From the IMG/VR virus record IMGVR_UViG_3300025018_000001: a stretch of 64,000 bases of DNA. One strand, 5' to 3'. The DNA comes from a virus. Its lineage: Duplodnaviria; Caudoviricetes. The translations under genes and the position numbers were made by a program. Positions 15,001-20,916 of this stretch are shown here, in pieces. The notes under the pieces were generated by a model. That model saw only the letters and a program-made list of their open reading frames with translations, ran no database searches and was not told where the DNA came from. How positions within the stretch are numbered: position 1 is the stretch's first letter; each line of letters starts with the position of its first letter.

Positions 15001-16954
15001 TACGAAGTTTTTTCATATCAACAACATCCATGGCCCACTCACGGCCACGTAAATTAAATGCTCTGTTATGTGTACTTCCTGAACCTTCGTTTTCAACAAC
15101 TTTCCAGTCAGTATACTGCTTTTTGCCTGGCGTAGGTTTTAAACCTTCTGATACTTGGTTGTATATAGTCTGTTGTAACTTATCCAAAGACATAGATAAT
15201 TTAGACATATTCTCGTATACTTTTAATTCGTACTCATTCTTTACTTTTTCTGGTGCAGCGTAGGCAACATTAGGCTTGATGAACTTCTCACTATATTTTA
15301 CACTTACTGCTTTTTCAGCATTAGATATAGAATACTTATTAGTCGAAGCTTCTTTTTTAAACTTATCAATGGCATCTGCTAGTTTACCTTTATCTAAAGA
15401 AGCCGTATTTTTATCTATCGCTTGTATAAGTTTAGTATTATCTTGCCCAGCACTAACTTTACCAAGATGGGAAATTAGAGTATTGACTTCTTTAACAAGA
15501 TCCTCTATACCTGATGAGTCTTGTAAAGTAGTTGTTCTACGGTCGCTTTTTACAAATTTACTTATGTCTTCATTTGATAAGGATATTTTTAAATCTTGTA
15601 CCTTACCAAGTTTGGCAAAGTCATGTTCAATAGTAAGTACGTCACTTTTTTTAGTACGGTCGTTAGTTATAAAAGAGGATTCTTTTCTATCTAGAATAGC
15701 ATTCATAGCTACACGTGTTGACTCCAACTCAGCAACTACTTTCTCCAGCTTATCTCTACGAGCTTCTACACCTACACGACTTCTTTCTGGTAACTTAGAA
15801 GAAGCATTTCTATCAGGAAGATTCTGTAGCTCTTTTGTTTTATTATATTGCTCCCTACCTAAAGAACCTTTAACATAATCAAAACCACGTACAAGTTTTG
15901 TTAGTTTATCCTGTAAGTCCTGTACTGCTTTAGTGTCTATGTCTAAAGCTATACCACTATTATTTATATCATTAATTTTATTTTGAAGTTGTTTTAAGCG
16001 GTCATAGATAGCAGGTATAGCGTCTTTTTCTAAATCTATACTAAGTGACATAACATCCTGGTCAATTAGTTTGTCCAGTTTATCTTTGGCTTTAGCTGTA
16101 TCTGCCTCAACAGTTATAGTAGTTGTATTATTTTTAGCTAGCTCCTCGATGTCCTTAGAAGCTTGTGCGGTGTCAGCTGTTACTTTTACTACAACACCGT
16201 CAGCAACTAGCTGTGATATTTTATTTATAGTAGTAGTAAACTGTTTGTTAGCTGCAGATAAAACAGAGACTGCACCAATAGATTGGTCGGAATCGATCCT
16301 TGAAATAGGTGCTCTTACAGACTTATAGCTTTCTTTTGCAGAAGTTGCCGTACTAAGTATAGCTTCTAGTAAATCTACCATCTTACTATTATCTGGAGAG
16401 GCCTTACCACGTTCAGCAGCAAACTCTTTGGATAGGTTAGGTATGGCAGTAAGTGCCTTAGCAATAATGGATAATTCTTGTGCTACCTTAGCTATATCAT
16501 TAGTACCTTGTGTAGGTATACTAGAGGATATACTCTTTACAGCGGAAGTAGTTGCGGTACGTTCATTAGAAACTTTGTTAGCTTTAAATAAACTTTGTAA
16601 ACTTTCAGTAAGGACAGATTTTACTGTAGTTGTTATCTCTTTTTGTAGATCTCTCGCACTGGATGAAGTGTCAGAGCTGGCAGCTTTATTGACTACCTCA
16701 ACTATAGCACCTTTTACATCTCTGGCTAACTGTTTCGAAAATGCCTCATTACTTGAGGAATCAGGAAGAGAGTTAGATAATGCTTTTACTATAGCATTAC
16801 TAATAGTAACCTCCATAGACTTCATGGAGCGATTAAGGGAACTTTCTATAGCAGTACTAATACCATTTATGTCGAAAGTATTGCTTTCAGAACCAGTACC
16901 TTTACTATCCGATGTTGCTTGGATTTTGATTATATGCTCGCTTGTTCCAGCCAA
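1..16954 (-). CDS. Giant tape measure protein fused to a two-barrel RNA polymerase (>5,650 aa, 3' end beyond window)
   Basis: TTG start at 16954 after GGAGG RBS (MAGTSEHIIKIQATSDSK...). The frame was open at every segment I translated (1-180, 8.16 kb, 10.1 kb, 10.4 kb, 12.4-13.3 kb, 16.9 kb). Nearly all plus-strand track ORFs in 942-16970 start at positions 0 mod 3, the antisense-shadow register of one frame. Lies directly downstream of tail tube and chaperone-position genes. Confidence 0.9.
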   Translation of the reverse strand, partial: MAGTSEHIIKIQATSDSKGTGSESNTFDINGISTAIESSLNRSMKSMEVTISNAIVKALSNSLPDSSSNEAFSKQLARDVKGAIVEVVNKAASSDTSSSARDLQKEITTTVKSVLTESLQSLFKANKVSNERTATTSAVKSISSSIPTQGTNDIAKVAQELSIIAKALTAIPNLSKEFAAERGKASPDNSKMVDLLEAILSTATSAKESYKSVRAPISRIDSDQSIGAVSVLSAANKQFTTTINKISQLVADGVVVKVTADTAQASKDIEELAKNNTTTITVEADTAKAKDKLDKLIDQDVMSLSIDLEKDAIPAIYDRLKQLQNKINDINNSGIALDIDTKAVQDLQDKLTKLVRGFDYVKGSLGREQYNKTKELQNLPDRNASSKLPERSRVGVEARRDKLEKVVAELESTRVAMNAILDRKESSFITNDRTKKSDVLTIEHDFAKLGKVQDLKISLSNEDISKFVKSDRRTTTLQDSSGIEDLVKEVNTLISHLGKVSAGQDNTKLIQAIDKNTASLDKGKLADAIDKFKKEASTNKYSISNAEKAVSVKYSEKFIKPNVAYAAPEKVKNEYELKVYENMSKLSMSLDKLQQTIYNQVSEGLKPTPGKKQYTDWKVVENEGSGSTHNRAFNLRGREWAMDVVDMKKLRSLTGKQDGSPKELLKTYSDKLATSLLREKGHKPSSLKLEIADWLKSNVKSGGVQGLNPEVRTAIGKDVLDQLSIPNIGSTPVEDIAAAFSKASNSDLKDIFAKTVGFSDIQKSLADVKRTIAIPAAKLTNTGSTVLETQHGSQRSTLQLAEYKSGHERAFEGYIKNATALLQKVPQDKQESFKEGITPEILQLARAARSANMNTDPRDIVPDTTSTYEEASRLLLKGVASKGGVPANKEDAASFYKKAIVPISIERQRITRGTSGELKAKDELVTLSKQVDTALKSSNSVDEFMANMDAMGLSATRVIKSLDSLNFSNVYDAIERATGPKLEKIVGNIATSTGAIGDFEKTISSLEGMMPIVEKNAPRRGMHQGDTVSAMFNYSKAHSMDSGAASKLLTPEGKYGLSESVDIEERGFKSNNEAKKAFITNFNRRANELFYEASSLPSLQGVTPEVAHRQALLNVGTNKQLTSLGLPESPASNLETTPDAMNRPGRTVPMYTGNLREIAPFSLEYQQTGRNISGISSAKGFDTGLFGKEQGISSEFPKLRSESEDKVIQAGRFGKSGIGYNVLAELRHTAGTFEDQILVSGKLADAATTAVRKLVRPKASAGKASTINEGPIKDSDIEEVTGNIMSVMGIDEKYKRRPDKAFISNVKNEVTTNRGASVEVQSAKLAELFLNHFGRKLTTRYGSKGVSVTPTSPSTLGDIISAHKDSNVKVLAGDEQKKAGLGVAFMPKSMGELSSDILGQQDTKTKEKISAGIGMDVDVLAQELKDSGNKFILDIFTDVNKGLVTENEAIKNLSTFDKAKKAFAELDINLAQNIEGINQIKGMHVGEKTTAKAIDVRISSYGAAKRGLQTEPLEMVANNLASSKGNTVIKNTIDDQKNSLISGKSGGSFSKYSKALGFSGSGKTDEELQSKITSMFSKEKLQDKSTQDAIKAMIELEKKSSYYVEVVDELNNRRKSLVGEKFLSIVEEPTQTEEWSKGAIESLSKGIKLNIPAYAAYTSTFGEDSAFMKSLNENFTDKQAEHYDNILTYLVNTNEEYKNKVLGAVKSIDIKDLKSVNKDATKTFNEGDPGSLLGTIFDTDKLPGAYKTTIPSTTSKDAPGEDLYIPRSISRTSYADPMQAGAYGIKKTGSKLQDVIDKSRSLQAFYNKDTSMLLDTDVTGMSGAFGSTAANAMSSLFAKDDRGRSTGLEQSNTEEAVAKVNKVKQELMQLLVKLDDQGKLSKEEGSLSTGVQNFYNSKHNLSGKFDNQKGSESDFVKHLGTKEGFNSPTALAAMKNMLIGTGNPNVADTSVLAKATDTSTRLDVMTGVSNALGNKDSIFSYGRGANSEEKYNNQVTKRQEDLDRSKQSYQDTLRKNLVGKKGSVARTFFTRNIPSVLAKATNATVDKTEELTAFSQTLKGIEGLDLGQEISTIEKLTEEHAQNVSKYKDIGMPVLKQHELGVSSKLAEKLKVNFTKRYDKDKGTVLNKDEDKNFQGTLKDLLEYSSALEKTASKIQPKERADDIKKYIDTELSPFVESVRFPFTGTSSLKPYKAKLVQTAGGIGDDALMVPGTPEMDMGAFEDVYNSIKDKVKSLSKEREAARTVGDDTQANALTGTIDKLNSAISAVLPKYVAHAQKLDYDGDQIELHTAKTSEARNDIYKHFQMLTKDIDSTAGKFGDYYSYDAKQPSQGDLPLSYMSQAFSKKFDSSKGYSFLDKPFTTEDLSYLSPKEKVGILASKEQDLNMTSGGESVSRVMRAIYEKVGAKFDDKSIKGIDDLGEASEAAVAELNKIKDIKIKSFIEGYLKEELSNMKLDTAVNAQLFKINTGTDTESMTRLMRAYESKRGFGDGTGEIGLSSKTKSGKIDSNFVNRERNTQLNEFFRFAIQKGMDVKHAGERPIAGELVKGVTTGKAGLEGLLGKLEKNKSYDDLKKFKSINEDSLRNTFGKFSTQELKDQAASTGIPLGDTTNMSRSDLTDALVNKLGFEGFLRDLQGTIEQLAVKGIQANSEKPISAEVAFKILSKRYESKDGAPPRGIDVSRMVTDVNDPMYKFRTGGYSVDDKFDVDFKTGMDSVAKTFRSSGAYAELVKTFESLGKEGVNQADYIQAKQLIGGNREDFTSGKVSMGPIKELISSMENTLGLAPMSDRKQASILTSPEYVAKLADIPDDAKEKDINKISKANARLGDLEILIARLDRISEVSGTRKDILPEAGRNISLSLNEDKEEVKRASMGAPKSAESTTSIITTIPPQYETSSYAGSRGEEPPHPGFSGGDVPPNIPSSGGPGTGGPTLPATGGGAIPVFIAGLNDSLVFSVKLLGQLVSSSNINSSASGISGGVFKDEDSGIGGINQKIDKFKTTEEQRKSAAGRAQSMQPYEGNGPVAELANLRLLRDASKSLYKARGMDFDNEANKLTKEAQDYINNAKKQGGIHTSDFLDLTKNAGILNRQDPNQGMSGEEIATAWRLYKDAEIEYLLKKADDAENMYTSVMGMGGNEEGKAYNNFESAVNAVQQKIIADTGKRSDIYTANKVWAFPDIAKAAGVYQSPVDIQRKSNRDLGDTTDPDSELLKKVFDDITGDLSGKNRGNITAPTDKARNAIKDLTEMNDETLALMANGKLLERLGPEIAEAWNFEAASERITRLRSALELFKQFNVSDSPLSVESKNLENTIKLLKDAENKLSKVSMDRATQSGGPGVWGETGVVQVPKWADPEMQQNLHKRNISKLREYYGKGSAEGGAKIGERYSYDAKVFDDSGKPIENQRVLFHKLNESVDSAGKTVGIFTAKQEDMAASLAGANRGFLGAIERAIKWGAASSLIYGGVDKLKEAVETVAEVEVGMAKLKMVMPSKGTDFEGLQSSAVGMAKQYGTPTTGVLDAMVVYAQQGLSQAEVIDRTQTSMLASNVTTLKAKDATEALTAAMKIFRTEGDRSMRFLDSWSEVESKHAITAGDMAEAIKKSAAAASTAGITFDQLNGIVASIGSVTRQSGKEVGTSLRFIMRRLSSEKGPNELAKLNVATVTGEGELRGGFEILGDLAEKWKELNSAQKLTVAQAIGGTRQYNSLLVLMENWQEALDGVQHSMNSQGSASRRNAELMQTYSKQVEQTKAAFLELQLAFGKIAFPAAKFGLQSMKAMAETVSAIPKSFKIAGVAALGLFTYLSKGAKILDTISNFFSGGTPIVGNLIGSIKDELKTASFEVIGAGSTDTSSRGLKTLIGGQPGREQGRSIRDFESAIGKAAYLLVSAGKSFNDTVGGGLQGTGRAGQGVGQSMVRGGSWLSAVVSSLGGGKYGKGEDVTYKDLAGGTAAKFAKSEGVKGAFAAGGLKGVGKVASSFLGVATEVAGLGAAAGGIFIDEFSKKLGAGGDVFKEWAKDNAGVVKAIAPMLLTLGLLTPAIKALGTEFMNTTRSSQDFADSMFGAISKDETDLISIRDTQKSAGDLQKKLKDVSRSQNPEVADKQKYLGTYVNPLNALSSIQSDALKLSDKIARENYNMIAGYDKLGNVILRTADNYQTLIGTFERSKIRDLAAKDSSVAAKHIEALTKTDGSEKWKSELKDLTKEIPVIGDLISNQISIAPAKSLEILTGKLNNLVSKKNAAPMSTVYDGDIKNLQDKLSKVKDSFNNTYSEFKRALSNIPTEGLGQDEIARIMGADELQAGYQLMIDVEPQFNVKGIKGNVTKEDVLGAEVMKRLFPNTNNLGATKALSVANTETAGLAKREGKLLSGDLVTFTNDAADRYNIAGQQAIVKLKETSDGIFEWVATYFNTKTLKVTERKFDSNMQDLVESILPTKAIEQDMSERIEALGTFVTGASAGLIGIAKKSFKTDFNLGERFFSDINTSTIIQGDKGFDPTKGFGESPFQKGWSDDFEKYYNKPLHEYKTSLEQLEKMHLDGLDAGSVEMSTGLYDSIRKLQDILKNNQIVLQYRAVFADLTKTMEANTRAVKENIAVEKTRTGLAVETSGLLKGKDASLANIDLGKYNKADLSSQERLLIKSPEFAKSASRIKELDIKKSGTAEQLYSVERSKVALESIKNLSSGFGSSIGAKDFSKYTEMVAKTGDLGLAELKIDTSNTAENTAMTVDKLDEILANLSDRPGSEAMQSSFMDALDFLPISPNLTKNERLNEALDRVASIRNDALSSGDTEKATKANIALDDLTKQLVDRMGIAGAANKADSGLFGSGAFKGEELIQRAFGGLDFKTLASEMKANMKDETSWFGLVSKKGTPTFDKTVSNVQGIQDENIAKSKESSIFNSKNIAGATAGFGIYQAFNSNFSNKKVEAYDKQIADLKKREDEVGFIDYAPQMASLTSSRDEEAKKARMYGTMRYAAGGASGGMMLARNMGMSEDNIKRLGAGGAALGVYGAAKMNQGMTGDDLPQMVKEFGKEVAIFAAAMKDDGIFSTLKKGAATSRFKDASEGFMKQFAEETLDLKVTPNKTSSDRDAKYSAASDSFTKTKDDVKFDAEWKAKEFKRKVENPNADLRSNTKDSVNQSAQDLKDKFADLKEYIKTSGQDAVRSATEKMARGEEVNLKEEMSKIYEGTKSKTGDVYGDIKEKTGSTVDTLSKTAEYASTKTLGAIDALVEALSKNTEAVNGNAEGNAHGGFIQKFATGGTVKQLTPGFGDKQPALLTAGEEVLTAKQGRKLKPILDALRSGTANFSNGITSAISGTTSKYSAKLASKIGLKKIPGVGTVAAAGFAAERAATGDYLGAGLEVASGLASNIPVVGTAASFMIDGALMGKDLLTTKAPTLDDIRDKKLALQDRFSKLSNSRYGTLAAGAAGILGAYSMFGGDDDAAYGMGGKVLEYGKPMLSGIADIPAELGRMVLGNKAGKAEASALGTVGLSALILEGQRRKNTEEGSYANGGFISTGVKGLLNLAGIGLGTGATATIAGVSGLAKLLKAKKLTKGAQGTSSFVKKAATDTSSAYNDFKTNSPGLYSALATATVGTAGGALLYANSEDEDNIYDKYDRTLSGHADGGFTMSDGSVDKIRRAQEFARANGPGFSFKNSPRDLVTTS
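5600..6620 (-). other. TP901-family tape-measure core domain within the giant ORF
   Basis: Translation: WGAASSLIYGGVDKLKEAVETVAEVEVGMAKLKMVM..AKQYG..VLDAMVVYAQQG..LASNVTTL..DATEALTAAM..LDSWSEVESKHA..GDMAEAIKKSAAAASTAGITFDQLNGIVASIGSVTRQSGKEVGTSLRFI..QAIGGTRQYNSLLVLMEN. Typical PhageMin_Tail pattern. Confidence 0.85.
9900..13700 (-). other. RNA polymerase catalytic region (beta-like then beta'-like double-psi beta-barrel) within the giant ORF; boundaries approximate
   Basis: In-frame motifs: GYNVLAELRHTAGTFEDQILVSGKLA (13300-13223), GRKLTTRYGSKGVSV (12955-12911), AIDVRISSYGAAKRGLQTE (12478-12422), VRFPFTGTSSLKP (10420-10382), AQKLDYDGDQIELHTA (DYDGD 10117-10103). Confidence 0.88.
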
Positions 16955-16958
16955 TAGT

Positions 16959-17975
16959 TTACCCTCCTGAGGTTCTTTTCTTAATATCCGTCCTATCTTT
17001 TATTTTCTGTGCTTCTTTAGGCTTATCATATTTAATATCATAGTAAAGTTCATTTGATTGTGTTATAATAACTTCTTCTGAATCAAATGCCGATAAGTTG
17101 GCTTTACCTTTATTTTTTTTATTTTGGTTTCTTAGTATAGAAGATTCATTATTCATCTCCTTATAATAATCATCCATAAATTTATCAAGAGCCTCATCAT
17201 CCTCTATGGTCGCATCCGGCGGCCTATCTGAAGGTAACATAGAGTAAATTTGCTCATAATAATTAGACCAATATATTAAATTTAATTGGTCTGTGGTATA
17301 ATCTACTAAAGGTACCCCAAATAAAGGCTCAGCTATCTTCAAACTAGATGTATACCTAATACGCCATAAATTACTTCTAGCTATAAACCTTATAGTGCTA
17401 CTACTAAAGCCGCGCATAAATTCCATAAAATAAGAAAAAATATCATTTTTATTTTGTGTATCACGATCTTCCAAGAAGTCTTTATGTGACTTCCAATATT
17501 TTACACCCTGTTCAGTGTAAGTACATTCGCTACACAAAAAACCATACATATCTTCTTCAGCTTTATTATCAGCCGACATATATAGTTTTGAATATTTTTT
17601 AGCTAAAATAGCTGATAACTCTGTTTTTATTTCAGAAATGGTTTTTTTTATTCTATCTTGATTAGCTCTAACTTTTAAAGTTTTTGCTAGGAGAACTTCT
17701 TGACCTTCTAACCTAGACTGTAATTTAGCTACCGCACTTTCATCTGCTTTTGAAAAAATACCTCTAGAAAGAATAAGCTCTTCTAAATCCTTCTTAGGTA
17801 AAAGCCCTTCTTTAAGCGCACTATTGTATGAGTTGTCCCATACTAATTTAGATTTAATTTTTAAAAAATTATTAGGGTAGTGTAGATGCAAGAATGCACC
17901 AGCTACACATACCAAACTCTTACCTAAAGCTATTTTACGAATAAGTAAGTCTGTATCTTCATAAGATATTTCCAT
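16959..17975 (-). CDS. Putative tail assembly chaperone / pre-tape-measure protein
   Basis: 338 aa helical ORF immediately upstream of the TMP. Call rests on synteny only. Confidence 0.45.
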   Translation of the reverse strand: MEISYEDTDLLIRKIALGKSLVCVAGAFLHLHYPNNFLKIKSKLVWDNSYNSALKEGLLPKKDLEELILSRGIFSKADESAVAKLQSRLEGQEVLLAKTLKVRANQDRIKKTISEIKTELSAILAKKYSKLYMSADNKAEEDMYGFLCSECTYTEQGVKYWKSHKDFLEDRDTQNKNDIFSYFMEFMRGFSSSTIRFIARSNLWRIRYTSSLKIAEPLFGVPLVDYTTDQLNLIYWSNYYEQIYSMLPSDRPPDATIEDDEALDKFMDDYYKEMNNESSILRNQNKKNKGKANLSAFDSEEVIITQSNELYYDIKYDKPKEAQKIKDRTDIKKRTSGG

Positions 17976-17985
17976 AATAACCTAA

Positions 17986-18017
17986 ATGTAGGTACTGCTA
18001 TTACACAGTACCTACAT
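17986..18017. terminator. Perfect 12-bp hairpin between the two chaperone-position genes
   Basis: ATGTAGGTACTG-N8-CAGTACCTACAT. Confidence 0.6.
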
Positions 18018-18030
18018 AAATGTAAGTTAA

Positions 18031-18792
18031 TTACTCAGACTTCTTAACCTTTTTTACAGCTTTTTTAGGGCTGTCAGTCGTAAGGTCTTCATTGATTTCT
18101 TCCACGACGTCTGGTACTACATCTGATACTACATCTTCTTCAGAAACTAATTCAGCTAAATCCTTAACTACCTGCATTGAAGCCTCTTCTTGTAGCTCAC
18201 GCATAGCTATTGCTTCGGGTGTATTTTCTAAGAACTTACTATCCAAACCTTGTAGGTATAGCATTGCTTCAAAACGGGATTGCTGAGCCAATGACTGCTC
18301 TTTTTCTGTCAGGTAGTCTTCAAATTTTTCCCAAAGACGCTTACCATCGGCATCAACAATAAGACGTGATGTGAGGTACTCTAACCTAGAGTCATCTGCC
18401 ATTTGCTCGCAAGTATTACCTAATGGTGCAGATAATCGCTGATTCCATTGAAATAGTTCATCTCTTGCCACTGCCACACGATAGGCTAATTCAGATTTCT
18501 CTTGGGAATTTTTAGCATCTTGAAGATCTTCAATTTTTGCTGATAACTCTGCAGCAAGCTCGTTGGACCTTTTTTCAAACTCAGGTCCTATAATACCACG
18601 GCGCATTAAAATATCAGTCATCTCTGCAGTTGTGGTGATACCTGCTACAAGGCTTTTTGTGTATGATTTACTATATTCCCAGTCAGCTCCTCTAATATCC
18701 TCTGCTGTGGGCGCCACAATGAAATATGTGGTGTCTTTCTTAACATTGAAAAAACTTCTCAAACCTTCAGTACTGAATCCTTTGCTTTCCAT
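18031..18792 (-). CDS. Putative tail assembly chaperone
   Basis: 253 aa, acidic and helical, lying between tail tube and TMP genes. Confidence 0.45.
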   Translation of the reverse strand: MESKGFSTEGLRSFFNVKKDTTYFIVAPTAEDIRGADWEYSKSYTKSLVAGITTTAEMTDILMRRGIIGPEFEKRSNELAAELSAKIEDLQDAKNSQEKSELAYRVAVARDELFQWNQRLSAPLGNTCEQMADDSRLEYLTSRLIVDADGKRLWEKFEDYLTEKEQSLAQQSRFEAMLYLQGLDSKFLENTPEAIAMRELQEEASMQVVKDLAELVSEEDVVSDVVPDVVEEINEDLTTDSPKKAVKKVKKSE

Positions 18793-18806
18793 AACCGTCT
18801 CCTTAA

Positions 18807-19046
18807 TTACTTTTTAATTTCAATAATGTCATCACTTATATCTAAGTATTTTACATCATAACAATCCAACTCAGATATAATGGTCCTTATACAATCATTC
18901 CCAATACGTAATATCCTGCCTCTTAGTATCTTGAATGTTCCTGGATCTGAAACTGCTATAGACGTATAATCTAATACAGATTCAAATAGTTTGGTTACTT
19001 CTTTTTTAACCAAAGCGTCTAACTGTTTTCTGTCTACCTCTCCCAT
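18807..19046 (-). CDS. Hypothetical protein
   Basis: 79 aa ORF with GGAGG RBS. Confidence 0.7.
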   Translation of the reverse strand: MGEVDRKQLDALVKKEVTKLFESVLDYTSIAVSDPGTFKILRGRILRIGNDCIRTIISELDCYDVKYLDISDDIIEIKK

Positions 19047-19131
19047 AGTGCCTCCTTTTAAAAACTCCTTTTATAAACTTACTTTAAGCCTACTATTACA
19101 TAGTCAGTTAATTAATGTGTAAATAAAAAAA

Positions 19132-19162
19132 ATGGTACTCATGAAAAAATCATGAGTACCAT
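19132..19162 (-). terminator. Intrinsic terminator after major tail gene
   Basis: ATGGTACTCATG-N7-CATGAGTACCAT followed by a T-run on the minus strand. Confidence 0.8.
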
Positions 19163-19195
19163 CATAAAAACTACGTTTATCTAAAAATCTAGATA

Positions 19196-20785
19196 TTAAC
19201 CACGTCGTCTAATTTTATTACCACCGGTAATATTTCCAATGGAAATGTCACCTTTTATTACGTATAAATCGTTGGTAGAACGGAAGGAGAAAGACTGAGT
19301 AGCATTAGCACCCATATCCAAGGTCATACCCTCATCAGTAATTTTTAAATGCTCAACAATAATTGTTTTCAAAGCTCTTTCTCTATCAGAAGCAGAGTAA
19401 GTAGCCATCGTACCATCTACCCAGTAATGCTGCCCAACTAAGTCAGAGGTAGAAGCAACAACACGGTTGGCACCAGTACCACCAGCTTCCTCATCGGTCT
19501 GTGCGTAAACTTTAACAACAAGTTTCAAATCTTCAGAAGCCATTAAGTCAGCAAGAGCCATACTATCTAAAGTACCTGCTTTAAAAGCAGATAATTTATT
19601 AGCTACCTTAGCCCAGTTCTCTAAGTCACCTGCAGTAGATTCAACAGCTACTGTGATAGGTACAGGAAGAGTCAACGGACGATCATATGGAGAGAGATGT
19701 CCTAACTCAGTTAAAGGCTCACGAGTAAGTGAAGCAGAAATAGAAGCACTAGTTAAACGCCAAGCAATATCAAAACTTGCAGAGGTGTCAGAAACTATAT
19801 GTACTTCAACCTGGCCCTGACGTAAAGCACCAACGAAATCAGGTTTATTCAAACTATCAAGTAGTGCAAAATATTTGTTACTGGTGCCAGAACCATAAGC
19901 ATCAGCGGAGTATATAACAACTAATCTATCACCAGCTACAATAGAAGCACCTGTTGGTAGATAAACTCTATGTTGTGTACCAGTGTCATGATAGATAAAA
20001 GTACTTACAGCAGCAGTAGCACCAACAACAACTTTTGTATTAGTCATTGTATTAGTAGAAGCATCATATACAGTAATAGCAGGAGCACCGTTGGTATCTT
20101 TACGTAAGAAACCAATACCACCAGTAAGTACAGCTATATTTGCTGAGGCGGCTAAACTAAGATCTACATAACCATTGGAAATAGCAGCAGCGTCTAAAGT
20201 GAAATTATCACAGTTTACGAAACGACCGTCATTTAACAACCACATTTTGTTATCTGTCTCAAGCCCATAGTTCTCAGTTGCGTTAGCACCAGAAGAGTAA
20301 CTAAACTCCAAACTGTTTGCGAACACTTTATCTAAGAACAAGGTCTGGTCAATATTAGAAGCCAGAGAACCAGCTGAACATTCTTCCTGTACAGGTGCCC
20401 ATAATGTTACACCAGGAAGCGCTCCACAAGATATAGCAAAGTCAGGTACACAAGCACCATGTAAATATACACCGGTGGTTGTCAAAGTGCTATCAACAAC
20501 TTCTAAGTTTGAGTTTGTATTACTTGCAGTGGCATCCATAGCTCTACGTTCTGGTAGTATCTGAGCTAATTGAGCCATTGTGGTTACATCACCAAAGTCA
20601 TTAGTATTCAAGGTTACAGCAACAGCTGGAACGTCATCAACAACGTCGATGATATCTAAGTGACCTAATTCGAAAATATCTTCACTTGTAAAAGTTGTGG
20701 TACTACCAAAAGATTGTACTCTATATAACAAACTTCCATTGCACCACACACTCTGTGATGCATAAATTATTCTATTTCTAGCCAT
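19196..20785 (-). CDS. Major tail (tube) protein
   Basis: 529 aa, beta-rich, Ala/Thr/Ser/Gly-rich, strong RBS and own terminator. Position between neck genes and chaperones/TMP. Confidence 0.65.
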   Translation of the reverse strand: MARNRIIYASQSVWCNGSLLYRVQSFGSTTTFTSEDIFELGHLDIIDVVDDVPAVAVTLNTNDFGDVTTMAQLAQILPERRAMDATASNTNSNLEVVDSTLTTTGVYLHGACVPDFAISCGALPGVTLWAPVQEECSAGSLASNIDQTLFLDKVFANSLEFSYSSGANATENYGLETDNKMWLLNDGRFVNCDNFTLDAAAISNGYVDLSLAASANIAVLTGGIGFLRKDTNGAPAITVYDASTNTMTNTKVVVGATAAVSTFIYHDTGTQHRVYLPTGASIVAGDRLVVIYSADAYGSGTSNKYFALLDSLNKPDFVGALRQGQVEVHIVSDTSASFDIAWRLTSASISASLTREPLTELGHLSPYDRPLTLPVPITVAVESTAGDLENWAKVANKLSAFKAGTLDSMALADLMASEDLKLVVKVYAQTDEEAGGTGANRVVASTSDLVGQHYWVDGTMATYSASDRERALKTIIVEHLKITDEGMTLDMGANATQSFSFRSTNDLYVIKGDISIGNITGGNKIRRRG

Positions 20786-20916
20786 AATTATTCTCCTTAA
20801 TCAGATTTATAATTTTAAAAAAATTCAGGTTAGTTTTTCGGTTACTTGGCCTTTCCTTTCTATATACTACAGGTTAGTTTATTAGTATATTCCTAATATA
20901 AGAGGTTACTTAATAG

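Noticed and set aside
942-16970. About 20 plus-strand ORFs of 60-236 aa in the track
   Set aside because: They sit almost entirely in one register (start 0 mod 3) with S/L/A/F/P-biased composition, which marks antisense shadows of the giant minus-strand gene; they have no RBS support
18031-18070. Slippery A-AAA-AAG at the end of the first chaperone-position gene (G/GT-type programmed frameshift)
   Set aside because: The -1 frame hits TAA immediately and the +1 frame stops before the next ORF; a hairpin separates the two genes
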